Assembly: GCA_951406725.2 (NCBI GenBank)
Contig: OX597824.1
Location: 12,090,001 to 12,154,000 of the forward strand
Direction of reading: 5' to 3'
Length of the DNA stretch: 64,000 nucleotides
From: Octopus vulgaris
Lineage: Eukaryota
Positions 38,501 through 53,500 of the stretch are shown here, piece by piece. Each line of letters starts with the position of its first letter. The stretch's first letter is position 1. A model generated the notes under the pieces. It saw only the letters and a program-made list of their open reading frames with translations, had not been told where the DNA came from and searched no databases. Made by a program: the position numbers and the translations under genes.

Positions 38501-41500
38501 ATTAAAAAAAATTAACCATGTAGTATCTTGTAACTTCGTGATTTTGAAGATATGATTGTTTAATTTTAGAATGACATTGTAGGGTAGGTATGAGAAGCTG
38601 GATCTGGCCAGTTTAAATGCTTGAGGGTTAAAGAATAGTGCTTTTTGTTTTGACCCAGTTCATTAGAGAGATGATTTCAGCACATGCTGAAAAATATGTC
38701 AAGATAATTAGTCACCAAATTGGATAAGGAATCCTATTTTGAATCATGAAGTCAATATTTTATGTCTTTTAACTATTCAGGAATGTTTTGCTGTAGAAAT
38801 TAGTTAATTTGTCTGCTGTTAAGTGATGACTTCTCCATTGATCTTCACCATTTGGACTGCTTTCAGGCACAATAGATGGGAAATGAGAAGTTTGTATACT
38901 AGGATCATAAACTGCTTTTGGGTCTAGTCATCATCATCATCATCATTTAGCGTCCGCTTTCCATGCTAGCATGGGTTGGACGGGTCAACTGGGGTCTGTG
39001 AAGCTGGAAGGCTTCGTCAGGCCCAGTCAGATCTGGCAGTGTTTCTACGGCTGGATGCCCTTCCTAACGCCAATTTCATCTTTAAAAAAAAAGGCAGATT
39101 TTTTCTTAATTGAATACAGTTCCACTAGGAATTTCAAACTATCAATCTTAAACTTAATCTAATGTTTTTATCATCAAAATATTCACTAATTAAATTTGCT
39201 GTTGCCTTTCTTCCATCGTTGCCTTTTCCTTTCATTGTTTTCTTGAGAAAGCTAACTTGGTTTGTGCAAATTTAGGTATATTGTAGCAATTTGTCACAAT
39301 TCCTTCAATAAGTGTGAACTTTAATCTCTTGCTGCTGTGAGAGATAAAAAAAATCCTCTATATATGAGAGCAATATTCTGATGGCATGACTAGCATTAAA
39401 GGGGAAAGAATGACCAGTGCCTCCCAGAATAAAAACAGATGACACAGCATCTTGGTAATTTCTGGAATCCACTTTTGGTACTCTTCATTGAAGAATAGCT
39501 ATTGCTTGAGAATCTTGTGATATTTTCTAAAGGAGATTTTCTTTCATGCAAGGTGTATTTGATAGGATTATAAAGACCAAAAGTCATTGCATTTTCATCA
39601 GTTACAATAACTAACAATGCATCTTCAACACAATTCTTTTTCAAATCAAAGTACTTATATAAGTACAACTATAACCAAGATTTGTGTAATTGATCTGTAT
39701 TTTATCAGTTTTGATAGAATATTCTTGTCTTAGAGATAGCCATTATATAAGAGCATATAATGAAATGCACTCTTATATACTGTCAAAAAAATGGTTGCTT
39801 GTAAAAGTAGTTATTTATGTTCTGCAAAATACTCAGCAAATAAGCAGTTCACCTTGCCTGTTCATTCTTTGTTGACTTCTTTTCTGGCTTGAATTGAGAA
39901 ATTTCAACACAAGATTTAACCCTACTAAGACATTTTTATATTTTATTCAAAAGTTTGCTTTATTAACACACATTTTACATTTCTTAGTAACAATATTGCC
40001 AGCTTTACTGTAGCTAACTTCATCATTTTCAACTTGTAGCCATTCCTTAAATTCAGGATTCTGCAGCCAGTCTTCCTTGTATGACTCTGTATAATATCAT
40101 TTCCTTTCTTAGTGGGTGTTTTTATTTCTGCATTTATTATGATAGAAGGCAGGGTATGATGGTTAAAATAGGAACACTCACCCATTCACAAGTCATGATG
40201 CATGATAAGCACCAACACGGAACAGCAGGGTTGCCAGACGCAAAGGACCTTCATGTACAGCTTATATATAAACCATTTAATGTCATTAGTTTTTGAATGT
40301 CACTTTTGATATCTCTGCACTGGATTCATGATTTTACATAGTTTATTAAACTCACATTGTGATTTGGGTTTCTTTAACCCTTTAGTGTTTAAACCGGCCA
40401 TATCCGGCCCAAATATTCTATGTTTTATATTCAAACTGGCGATATCTAGCCTCTCACACCTAACCTACATTGACATTCTAAAAATAAACAATCACATCAT
40501 TGAAACCCCAAAGCTATAAGATAATGCTTGATTAATTCAAAACAATTTGAGTAAAAAAATATTACATTTAACCCTTTCATTACCAACCCGGCTGAAACCG
40601 GCTCTTGCTTTGAGTACAAAGGTCTTGTTTTCATAAATTTTGAATTAGAATCTTCCACCAAACCTTAGTCAGAATTTATGTTCCTAGCACTTGCTTAATG
40701 ATAACTAAGTTATTTTACTAAATTCTTATATATAAATTCTGATATATTTAATGTAATTGAAAGAAACACAGAACATCTCAAAATAAATACAGTTACGAAA
40801 GGGTTAACAGAGTAATCTGAATACTAAAGGGTTAATTTCATCTGTGTATAACTTTGGAATATGTTTGTGTATTGAATGTCATATCGTTCCATAAGGTTTT
40901 TCTTGCTGTTGATGTTGTATAGGAGAATTTTTAAATATTTTTTAATGTTAGGTTTATGAAGTTAATTTTGTGTGTATGTGTGAAGTGCTCTTTTTTAATG
41001 TATTCTGTGCTGACCTGTGATGTTGGGAAAGTAAATAACTTCTTTTTTTTATTCATCTGATAAGAAGTATTGCTTTATTCTGATTCCATGCACTCTTAAG
41101 TGGATGTAAGATAACTATCTGATTAGGATGGCGATAGTACAGATGAACTGAATATCATAAAATTGTCTTGTGAACTACAAGAATCTGATGAATTCTTGTA
41201 GTTGGTCGTCATTGAAAAAAAAAATTTAACTAGTAGTTTGGAACTATATATATTTGACCATTTCATCTGAGTCTAACACAGTAGCAGATGTTTCTGACTT
41301 CAAAGAAACATCTCTTTACACTATTTGTAAATACTTTTAAAAAGGGCATGTCCCAAAATCTCTTTTCCTCTCCTGATGTCTGGTACTTATCTAAAAAAAA
41401 ACAAAAAACACATTTGAATCTTTCCCAAACACAAACTCTGTGTATAGACCTTCAACAAAATTTAATGTAACTGGTGCAGGTGTGGTTGTGTGGTAAGAAG

Positions 41501-44500
41501 TTTGCTTCCCAACCACATGGTTCTGGGTTCAGTCCCACTGCATAACACCTTGAGCAAGTGTCTTCTTCTACAGCCTTGGGCTGACCTTTGCCTTGTGAGT
41601 GTATTTGGTAGATGCAAACTGAAAGAAGCCCATCATGTAATATATGTGTGTATGTGTGTGTGTTTCTGTCCCTTACCACCACTTGACAACTGGTGTTGGT
41701 GTGTTCCTGTCCTCCATAACTTAGCAGCTCAGTATAAGATATCAATAGAATAGGTACGAGGCTTAAAAAGAAAACTAAGTACTGGGGTCGATTCATTTGA
41801 CTAAAATTCTTCAAAGCACTGCCCCAGCATGGCTGCAGTCTAATGACTGAAACAAGTAAAAGGTAACTCTTTTCTCTTTACTCTTTTACTTGTTTCAGTC
41901 ATTTGACTGCGGCCATGCTGGAGCAGCGCCTTTAATCGAGCATCTCGACCCTGGGACTTATTCCTTTGTAAGCCCAGTACTTATTCTATCGGTCTCTTTT
42001 GCCGAACCGCTAAGTGACGGGGACGTAAACACACCAGCATCGGTTGTCAAGCAATGCTAGGGGGACAAACACAAACACACACACACATATATACGACAGG
42101 CTTCTTTCAGTTTCCATCTACTAAATCCATTCACAAAGCATTGGTCGGCCCGGGGCTATAGCAGAAGACACTCGCCCAAGATGCCACGCAGTGGGACTGA
42201 ACCCGCAACCATGTGGTTGGTTAGCAAGCTACTTACCACACAGCCACTCCTGCGCCTAACTGGGTTAAAAAAAAAAATTACAGTTTTTAATGTTATAAAT
42301 TAAGAAATAAAAGTATTTCATTAGCATATTCTGTAAATCTTTCTAATAGCGTAAAAGGGATTTTTTCCCTCTCTTTGCACCAAAATACTTGAAACCCTTC
42401 AACAGTGCATATATTCTGCCACTTCTTGTCATGCTACCATTAGTCAGCCTTCTGCTGCAGTAGTGACTGGAAACAAACCACAAGTGACTGCTGATTGGTT
42501 GCAGAGCAAAGTAATCAGCAGCAACCTCCTCAGGTTAAATTTTTTCCCTTATTGACTCAGATCTCACAGAGCGCTAAAATCTTTGTACTAGCAGTTGTCG
42601 GGAAACCACTTAATATCTTAAATTTTAAAATGAAATTTCATTTGTATTAAAAATAAATTAGATTGAAATTTGATTTTATTTAGTAATATGTTTCTTTAAA
42701 ATATTGTATTGGCGTTAAGTTTGTTTTTCAGCTAGTTTTTACCTCGCTGAAATCTTATTGCACTTCACGGTATCTTGGGCCTGTTTTCGATTGTAACTTT
42801 GGCTTAGCCAGTGCTTTGTGAGTAGGATTTTGTTACAGAAACCAAGTGAAAGCTTGTTATATGTATGTGTCGGTGTTGATTTCAAAGCTGTAACTTAATA
42901 AAAACAAATGCTAGGGTTGAAATGATTGACCAAAAGCCTTTGATGTCAGTGACTCAGCACGGCCACAATGTGAATGGCTGAAACCAGTAAAAGAGTACAT
43001 AAAATGTTCACTCATATTAATTATCCGCTTCAGTGTTTTTGTTAAAATGAATTGTAAAAGATATGTTCATCTGATGATCCAGCAGTGTTAGTAAATGAAA
43101 GTACAACATATGAGTAAATATTAGTGTATGTATTTGGACAACTTTACGCGCATTTTCTAAATTTAATAAACCAACTATTACACAATATATTTTAATGATG
43201 ATAAAATAATATTCCTAACTCCAAGTTTAGAAAATATATGGAAAGGAAAGTTGTCATTCTGAAATATTATTTACACATTTTCAAAAAGCATGATAATGTG
43301 AGACCTTATATTTTTAGTAACCTTGAGGTTTCATGTTTGCTGTTCATTTTTAGAGAAAGGCCTGTTTTCTTAATGTGTGTAGTGTATCATTGAATTGTTG
43401 AAGGCTACAAGATTGGTATCTCTTTCCTCAGTTCTGAATTCTTTATATTGTCACTTATTTCATTCAACCCTCTTGTTACTGTATTTCTGTTGAGATACTC
43501 TGTGTTTCATCATCATCATCATCGTTTAATATCTGTTTTCCATGCTGGAATGGGTTGGATGGTTCAACTGGAGTCTGAGAAGCCAGGTTCCAATCTGACC
43601 TGGCACTGTTTCTACAGCTGGATGCCCTTCCTAATGCCAACCATTCCAAGAGGGTAGTGGGTTCTATGTGCCACCAGCATGGGTCAGAGGGGGCTGGCAT
43701 CAACCACATTTGGATGGTGCTTTTACATGCCACCTGCATGGGAGCCAGTCAAGGCAGCACTGGCATTGGCCACATTTGAATGGTGCTTTTTACGTACCAC
43801 CAAAGAATTAGTAAAATGACTCTATCATTAAGATAGTGATAGGAACATATATTGGTGGAAGATTTTAATTCAGAACTTTTGAATTTTAAGATTTTAATTC
43901 AGAACATTTGTACTACAGAGCCAGAGGTGGTTTCAGACGGGTTGGTATCAAAAGGGTTAGGGCATGAGATTATGGATCAGTTTGGTTTTAACTGTTACAC
44001 TTCTGCTGTTAAGGAAATAGTTCAAATTTTGGTTCTTTACAAAACCAGTTGAGATGCAGATTAAAGATTTTGAACCTGACCCTACTCATTATTTTCTATT
44101 CATTGCTGAGGAAAAGTTATTTTATTATTTTTATGTATGTGTTTACTCCATCTATTTTAGTTTCTGCTTGATAATCTAGTCAATTCTTTTGACTAGCATA
44201 CCTTAGTAAATCCTTTAATCCCAACTATATATGTCAGTGGAGAATTCTACCTACACTAACTGAAAAGTTAGCATTAATGACAATTATTGCAATGATTTTA
44301 ATCTAATACTAATAATCATTTTTTTTTTTAATGATTAAACTTAGATTTTTATTTTCATTTTCACATGGTTTTCTAAATTTATACAATTGCTGTCTGAAAG
44401 GTGTTACATTGTATTACTTTCTTCTGTCCTCTCTCTGTTCACAATCTATTGGTTAGCTGCATGAAATAAAATCCAGCTTTAAAAGTATTTTGTCCAACAA

Positions 44501-47500
44501 TTTATATACATAAATAGAAACCGTTTTAACTTTTGTAGCATTGGAAAGTAGATGTAGAGCAATTTTTAAAGAATTAGGTTTCAATACCAAATATTTTAGT
44601 TTTATTAATTTATAATTTTTAAAGCACTTACAAATCAGAGAAATTACAAACATGACAATAATGATGATTTGTAGAATAATGTTTGTTTTTAACAGTTTAC
44701 ATTATTTGAAAATTTATCCTCCAGATTTTTAAACATTTTTTTATCTTCATGTATTTATTTTCATTCAAGATGGCAAGAATGATGTACGGACTGATGCTAT
44801 GCTTGTGTGGGCTCCCAATGCTGATCTATGTGAATCAAGAAGTAAGTGGTGACAATCTATTTACAAATAATTTCTAGAAGGGCACAATTAAAAAAAAAAA
44901 AAAGGGCTGGGAGGGGAAGGAAAAATTGTCCAAGCCAACCAGTGGCAAATGTTGGTTCATGTACTTCAGTGTTCCTTGTAAATTGAACTGTTAACATCTC
45001 TCTTAATCCTTTCTTTATTATATTTCTAACAAAAATACACCCCTTATGTGTTTCAGTTAAATGAAAAAATAATTGTGAATTTAGACTGGTGTCATAAGAC
45101 AACTCTTTTTTTTAAATTTTTTTTTTATTGACATACAAATGATTTTGGGACAAAATCTAACAAGAGGTTCCAACCAAAATCTATTGCTTGGTTTGTTTCA
45201 AAGCAAATCTAATTACAGTTAAATACAACAAAATATAAAATTAAATTTTGTTTAAACAACACCATAGAAACTGACTTATTAGCTAATTATCAGTTGAGTA
45301 TACAACAAAAATTTGAATATAGAAGAATTGGGCACGTTCGTGGATTATCTATAATATTGTAATTTTGAGTAAATATTTAAAAAATAGATTATGTCTGGTC
45401 TCTTCTGAAAAATCACTAAGAAAGCAGTTTTCAAATTCTTACTGCGTTCATGTACAAATTCACTTCTTTATTGCTGTCAGAATCAGTTGGTTTCACTTTT
45501 GAAAATCAAAATATCTGATTCACAACCACACCTGTAGTTTTTATGTTTGCTGTATATTTCACTAGATTTCTTCATATCTTTTGAAAATCATCCCAATTCA
45601 GATTTGCTGCATGACAACATGAAACAGTGGACAAGTGGGTAACGAAAGGGTTAACAAAACTGATTTCCAGAGTTATTAATATTTTCTCAGAAAGTAGTGC
45701 ATATCAATAGTAGTTCATATAAATTAACACCTGTCAGGAAGAAAAGTGATAACACCTAACCATATTTATACACTAACTAGCAAGTAGTTGTCTTCCAAAC
45801 TTTATATTCTGTGTCAGCCCCATTGCATTTCATTAGTTTGAAACCAGCAATAATTGAGGTATGATAGCTTCATAAAAATTTAATTTGCAATACATTATTA
45901 TTTAATTCATTGAAACAATCTATTTTAGCTGAATAGGAGTGAGACAGACCTTCATAAAATGGTTCCACTTAATGTACAATATTTGTGTAATTGTTAGGTA
46001 TAACATAATCTTTGTTAGTTGAATAGTCATTTAATTTCAAAATTTTCAGTATCAATGCAATAAGAGTCACAGAAGACATACCTACACAATTGCTTGTAGT
46101 TCCTAGTAATAATATGTAAACTGGGTGCTTCGATTCCCAGGTATGTAAGCAATGTCAGACAGTGATAATGAAGGCAGAGATTTCTAGAAAGGGAATGGTG
46201 TGAAAACAATATTTTTCTACCAAAATTTTCAGAAGCCCTACTCTGCCAACTATTCTCATTACTCAAACTCATCAATTATTTACACTTGATTCCATCTACA
46301 CAAAGTTTGAATAAATTTGTATTCAGATTTTATTTCTTAATTGTAATTAGTAGTCTGGAACTTTTTGAAGCAGTGTTTTGCAGCCAGATGCCCTTTCTGG
46401 TACCAACATTTTTAGTTGTATCTTATAAAGTGCAGAAGCCCAGTGGACCTATTCTAAAAAAGAGAAACATGAAAAATAGTATTAAAAAATAGTTTTATGA
46501 AACCTGTCTAAATTCATTGATTATTTTAGAATTTAATTAAAATGTATAAGGGTGTAATGTAATTAGCATCACAGAAACGATTGTGTTTAATATGAAATAG
46601 ATTTCAAACAGTCTGCATGCACCAAGCTTTAGAAATGACATTTTCATGTTCAATTTTAGGTTAGATTAATATCTGAGATGAGTTATTAATAAGATTATAA
46701 TTTTTCAGACTATTAATCTCATCCTTAGAGATGAAGCATTTTCCAGTATTTATTTGTATGCTACATTCCATTAAAGCTTAGTGGGCAAGAACATTATTAC
46801 TCCTGATTTAGTAATAAAGGTTCCTAGTTCAAATCCTGTATGGCATACACATCCAGGGATAAAACATCTGATGGTTAGTGATCAAGCTGATTGAAATGTG
46901 GAGTTGTAAATCTGAAAAACTTTTTCATCTAAAGAGAAGGTTAATTGTCTGAAAAATTTTAATCTTATTAGGTTAGATGTCTTACAACTGAGTACTTTAG
47001 TAAATGCTAAGCACACTAATGAGAGGTTATTTTGAAAGATGAACAGATCAGTCAACTTTGATGGTATTGGTTGAATGAGTTGGCATTCCAGCATGTGCTA
47101 TTTGTTGTGAGCCATTGCATCCATGAAATGCTCTTTCTTAAGATTCTACTGTGCTAAAAACAGCTTGCTAAACTTACATGCTAAACTTCTTTGGTCACCA
47201 CTCATTGTCCAGTCATATCACATGTCCTTATTAATTCTCTCATCTTTCCTGCAGTCTCATACTGAATTACAATCTCAGTTTCAATATTCTCTGTCTTTTA
47301 TACAAGTTGACATAATATTCAAAAGATTATGCACGACTCATTTCTCTACTACTTCTGCAGATATGTATTTAATGCCCATATCTTGCAACCATTGAGCAAG
47401 ACTACTTCTCTGATGTCCCTAAGATATTGTTCTCTATCATCAATAAAGTCTTATTAGCCTTTAATCTGTTAACGTTTCAATGCTAGACAACTTTTTTTTA

Positions 47501-50500
47501 GGTCTGGAACGTTTTTTGCAGTTCTTTGGCATCCATCAATGAGAAGCAGGTCACTAGCAGATAAAATTTTTTAGGAACATTTGATCTTGATATCGTAATT
47601 GTATCCAATATTCTGGTCTTATTGATAAATAATTTTAAAAATAATAGATTTGAGTGACCTCTAGGTATGCTCTGCTTCTTGCATTTGATGCCCAAAATTT
47701 AAAATTTCTTTTTCTTTGTATCTCTTTTACTTAACCCTTTAGCAAAAAGCCAGCCATATCCAGCCCCTAAATTCTATCTGTTTTATGTTGAAAGTAGCCA
47801 TGTTATACCTCTCACACCCACCCTACAGAGTTAATCTAAAAATTAACAATCTCACCCTCAAAGTCTCAAAGCTACAAGACAATTAATTTTTAAAAATATG
47901 AATAATCATAACATTTGGCTGAGTAATCTGAATGCTAAAAGTTAAACTATAACATGACAATTATTTTAGATTGTTGTTACTACCATTCTTAGTTTACCTA
48001 CCTGGTCCCAATTTTTAATTAGTTGCAACTATTATTATAATGAAAAAAATTATTAGCATTAATGAAAATTATTTTCAGAAGGAGCAAGGGAAGCAACCCA
48101 AAATTTCATTGAATTAAAAATAAAATGATGTACTGGGTGGTATGGGAGTGTTTGATCTTTGATATCTGTGATAGCAACTCTTGACATGTTTTTCTTACTC
48201 AGCCTTTTCAGCAAAGCATAGTCAGCACAAAGCTCTTATCACTGAACAACTTGAATATTATATAGTTTCAGTGGGAGTAAAATTTATCAGTGAATTTAAA
48301 ATAATCATCTCAACTCTAGGAACAAGGCCCGAAATTTTGGGGGAGGGGTCAGTTGATTAGATCGACCTCAGTATGCAACTGGTACTTAATTTATCGACCC
48401 CCAAAAGGATGAAAGGCAAAGTCAACCTCGGCAGAATTTTAAGTCTGAACGTAAAGACAGACCTGGCATGCTAACGTTTCTGCCAGCTCTCCACCTTACC
48501 TGGCTACCATACTTGACAAAACCAATTTTTAATCACTTGTAATTGTAATGATAATGACAAGAAAATTCATTAGTGTTAATGAAAATCAGATATTTGCTAA
48601 TTCTAATTATTTCCCCACTAAAGCTTATAATTTCCAAGTCTTCAGTTTTTCTATAAGGAGTTGTCTCCATAATTATCAATGATGAGTCCATTGAAATTTT
48701 AGGGATTGTTTTAAAATAATCAGTTCATTAAATATGGCGTTACTTGAATATACTTCATGTAAGTGAACCAACAAATTTTCGTAAATTAAAATTACACCTG
48801 TTATGAAGAGGGTAGTCGAAGGGAGATAACTCCTGTAGTAATAAAGTTGAATGATGGACCTGCAGTGGGAAGTGGATGTAATCTTTCACAAGTACAGATA
48901 CAACTCCAGGCATGTTTCAGCCTTGCAAAGGTATTTCTGCTAATTTCCCCGCAGTGTATTTATCAGTCAAAATCTAGGGTCTAATAAGTACTGGTAAGAC
49001 TTTGATGTGTCTTTTGGAGTTGGCTTAAGAAGATTGAAACCTGTGCAGCGATGGCATTGTACTTGATATATATATCAGACACATGTCCTACTTAAACTTC
49101 ATTCAATTTAAGATATTTTTTTTGTATGAAAGGTGTCACATGGTACCCCTCCCTATTAATTTTCGTTTATATTTATCATACTCAACTACATCTTTTCTAC
49201 TGTTGGAGTTGTGAACCTATTAACACTGTCTTTCTCCTTTGGACTTAATTATATTTTTACAAAAATGACAGCAGTTAAAGTAGTTAGGAAATTATGTCAT
49301 AACTAAATTAATTGTCCCAGCAAAGACAATTAACACATTTTAGAAGGTTTTACTTATGATATAATTTCTTTAACTTGTCCTAAAACTGCCTTTATTTTGG
49401 TGGACTAAAATTGCTTATTTTAAAACGTTCAGGTTGAAATTAATGTCTCCTATTTTAAGCTTATATAACTGTGTTGTGAGATTATGTTCCAAATATAATT
49501 TAACATAAATGTAAATGAAAACATCAGTTATTTTATTTATGCACTTTCATATTTTTGATTATTTAAAAGTTAAGTGTGTTTTGTTGGAAATCTTGTCATG
49601 AAAAGGTTAAAGAAATAATCTATGTTTACATTGATGACTACCCAGATACTATCTTGTTAATCAATCATTGATCTTTCTATAATTATCTGAATAAACTCAG
49701 ACTTTCAGTTAGTCAAACTAAGTATCTAGTTCTGCTATTCTTTTGGAAAGTTGCATGGAAAGAATAATTTTTCATTCTGTATTGCAGTTGATGATTATGT
49801 TACTATCGCAAAAGAGAAACATGGCTACAACATGGAGCAGGTAATGTTACAGTTGAATATTATTCTTTTTCATACTGTATTAGAGTGAAAATAGTTTAGA
49901 ACAATTACATATTACAATTTTATGTATTTATGTGGGCTGCATGGAGGTTCTTCAATTGAAGCTTAAAACTTTTCCATCATATCTTTTTGTGATAAAATAT
50001 ATATGTAATAGTCAACAAGTATGTAATGTTTCTTCAGAATTATCAATTTTAGTGACATATATAATTTTTAGAGTGAATGAAGGTTGGTCAGTCTAGCCAT
50101 CTGCTGCATTAAATATAGATTTATAGACAAGGTTTGTTTAGAAAATCAAGTATGCAATTTTATTTCAGACACCAGTTGGAACCATTTCATATCTTTTGCA
50201 TCTTGAATGTGCTAAGGGGAATTGTGGATCTCAGATTCTATGCTTGTGTTTGGAAAAGAAATTCAACAAAAATATTGTGTACTGTTGAAGTTGTTTCTAG
50301 CTGTTTAAGTATGATGATGTAGTTAAGATTAGATAGGGGATGGTTTTTTTCATTATTATTTTTATTATTTTGAAAACTTTGTTCATGAACTTGGTATAGA
50401 TTTAGCATGCTTGCAGAAAGATAAGGAGGAACGTTGGTATCATCTATGTCCACATCATTATTGGGAAAGGCAAATAGGTTATTGGTATAGAAGGAAGAAT

Positions 50501-53500
50501 ATAGGGAATGAAATTGAATTCTGAAGCCATTCAGAAATGATGGCATAGACCCAGAGAACCCTATTGGTACATGCTGCTATAGTCTGATCTGATAGCTCCA
50601 AGAGACTAGAGGCCTATGAAACCTGTAGGCTAGGAAATTTGTTAAATGCCAGATGTAAGTAGTATCTTGTCGTCATCATGTATCATATTTTTTTTCCCCA
50701 AACGTTGATGATGCTACAGCAAATGTCTTTCTGATTAAGCATGAATTTTTCTATTGGAGAATTTTCTCATAGCGTTTTCTTGTCTTGGGATGGTTTGCCA
50801 TTGCCTTCCCCAGCTGGATGGCTGTTGCCCACAAAGAGCTCATCTGGCTTATGACAGGCCTTGTTTTTAGTCCTGCTGGGTGTCCAGACGTCCTCCTCAT
50901 GAGAGTAGTGGGGGAGCAAGTTTCGTCACTGACCACTTGACCATGGAACAGATAGTACTGGTTTACATGGTACCAGTAGCAGGTCTCATCAGCTTATGAT
51001 GAGATCCCTGAGCTGACTACATACTGTTGACTATTTTTACCAAATTTCTCAAATGTAAGAACCCACCAATGATTGATAGATGGTTTTGCGAATGGTATAT
51101 TGGTAGTCACTGAAGTGGGAAAGTCTCGTGTTGCTGCTAATTGCTATCCTCATCACTTTTGCAATGTTGTAGGGTTAGCGGGATTATTCTTTTTGAGAAT
51201 AAGGCATATTGTAGCTTATTTTCAAAGATCAAGATTTATTCTTGTAGAGGGAGAGTTCTCACCATCCAGAAGGTGTGGGTGACGTTATGTGAGATTATGT
51301 TGGTAGTTAAGACAAGGCAGTTGAATACATTATCCAGTATGTCACTGCATTTTTAAAACAGTAGAGGGAGATTTGGTGCTATTTTAAGCAGGTAGAGGAA
51401 ACCTGTAGAAGTTATCTTGTGCTCATTAATTTTCCTGTTAGGTAAACTAAAGTCATCATTTAGGTGCCTGTATTCACTCTACAAATCAGTGCACCTTTCA
51501 AGTTTCAAGCTAAGGTTTATTGGCTGATGGGGCAAACCACATGATAATCACTAGTTTGTAAGCTTTTCGAGATGTTCTATCATTAACCTTAGTTTTAATA
51601 ACAATCTTGATTTGATACAATTTAGTTTTGGAAGTGTGTAATATTGAATTGCTTCACCTTTGTGTTAGTTTTTTTTTTATTATTGTATAGTGTTTTTAGT
51701 TCCAGTAGTTTTCTAGGTCAACATTTCAAAATTTATACATAGTTTTTATTCTATCACCTCACAACATGTCAGTTTTTTAATATTGAAATTTGGATATAAA
51801 TTCCAGGCTCTTGGTATGCTGTTTTGGCATAAACACAACATAGAAAAAGCATTAGCAGACTTACCAAACTTTACTCCATTTCCTGATGAGTGGACTGTTG
51901 AAGATAAAGTTCTTTTTGAACAGGCATTTAGCTTCCATGGGAAAAGTTTTCAGAGGATCAGGCAAATGGTAAATATATTTATTGAAGCAATTTTTACATC
52001 ACATGGCTAGATGTATATTTAGCACCCATATTTGCTCTTTATGACTACTTTTCATTGTGATTTGCTCTACAAACCCTAATTTATGAAACATTGATTTTAA
52101 AATATTTTCTTTAGCAGTAAAAGATCATATTATGTATGCTGAATTTTTAGCCTTTGTCTTTAACCCTTTAACATATAAACCAGCCATATCTGGCCAAAAG
52201 TATTCTGCCTTTTTATGTTCAAACTGGCCAGATCTGGTCTCTCACGCCAACCCTACAATATCATTTTAAAAATTAACAGCTACCTCATCAAAATCTCATA
52301 GCCACAAGATAATGCCTGATTAGTTCAAAACAATGAGGATGAAAAAGCATTAATTTTGGCAGAATAATGCGAACACCAAAGGGTTAAACTTTGAGCTTCA
52401 GTTTATAATTAAGCATCAACTGAATATATGATTTGAATTGCAGGACAGCTAACAATTATTGAATGGTTGTGGATAGCTGAGTTGATAGTGTCAGAAACCT
52501 GGCTGAAACATCTGCTTTATTCTTATCCATAAATAAAGTGTTTTTTGGTCATGACACTTCACCTTCTGAATTAAGCCTGTATGTTAAGCCTTCAGTGGTA
52601 CTCATGATTTATTAGATTATGGATTATTAAGAATAAAAATATGGTAACTCTAGAAGAAAAGTTTAAAACTTGTTTCTGTTATTTCAGCTTCCAGATAAAT
52701 CCATTGCTAGTTTAGTAAAGTATTATTACTCCTGGAAGAAAACCAGGTCAAGAACAAGTCTTATGGATCGCCAGGCTAAAAAACTGGCTGGACATCCACG
52801 TGATGGAGACAGGTGATTACATTTTCCTTTTTGCATTTCAGGGTTCTATATAAACTTTCAACATAATATATACCAGGATATTTTTTCAAGATAACTATAG
52901 ATTTTCCATGGGTACTATTAGTATATTTACTATTGGTTTTCATTTATTGTATTGATTCCATCAATATGTTTATTGTTGGATGTTTATTAGAGCGTTTTTT
53001 TTCCTTTCTTACATTAGTGATGGTGCATCGGATGAAGGAAGTAGAAACTCTGACAGTGATGTTGAGAATAACAAAGAGAATGGGGTATTTTGATAAATTC
53101 TTTTAATTTTATAAATTACTCTCATGTTAATTTTGAAAATTTAACTTGAACTATGGTTTACATTTTGTTTTGAATGTAAAACTCGTCCTTTCAGACCAGC
53201 AGAGGTGAAGATAGCAAAAGTTGTACCAATTGTGGAATGCATTCTTCTCAACTCCATTCAACCGCAAAAGGATCTCTGTGCAATAGTTGCAATCAATATT
53301 TGCGGTAAGTGGAAATTCGTTGTAGTAAAAGCCATATTGAAATTAACTTTAAAATCTACTTCAAGGATTATGCATCTGAAATAGTTGGACCAGTTAATTG
53401 ATTTGGCATTAATTATTAGATTTATGGTATGAAGATAGCTGGATGAAAACCAGTGTGAGCTACGATTTTAGTCATCCTGTCCTTATGTTAAGGTCAGTTT

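Noticed and set aside
50770-51010. Small hairpins and a minus-strand CTGATGA...GAAAC
   Set aside because: The spacing does not fit a hammerhead. The segment carries GGGAAGGCAATGGCAAACCA, typical of RTE-related repeat ends, so it is most likely an old retroposon fragment.
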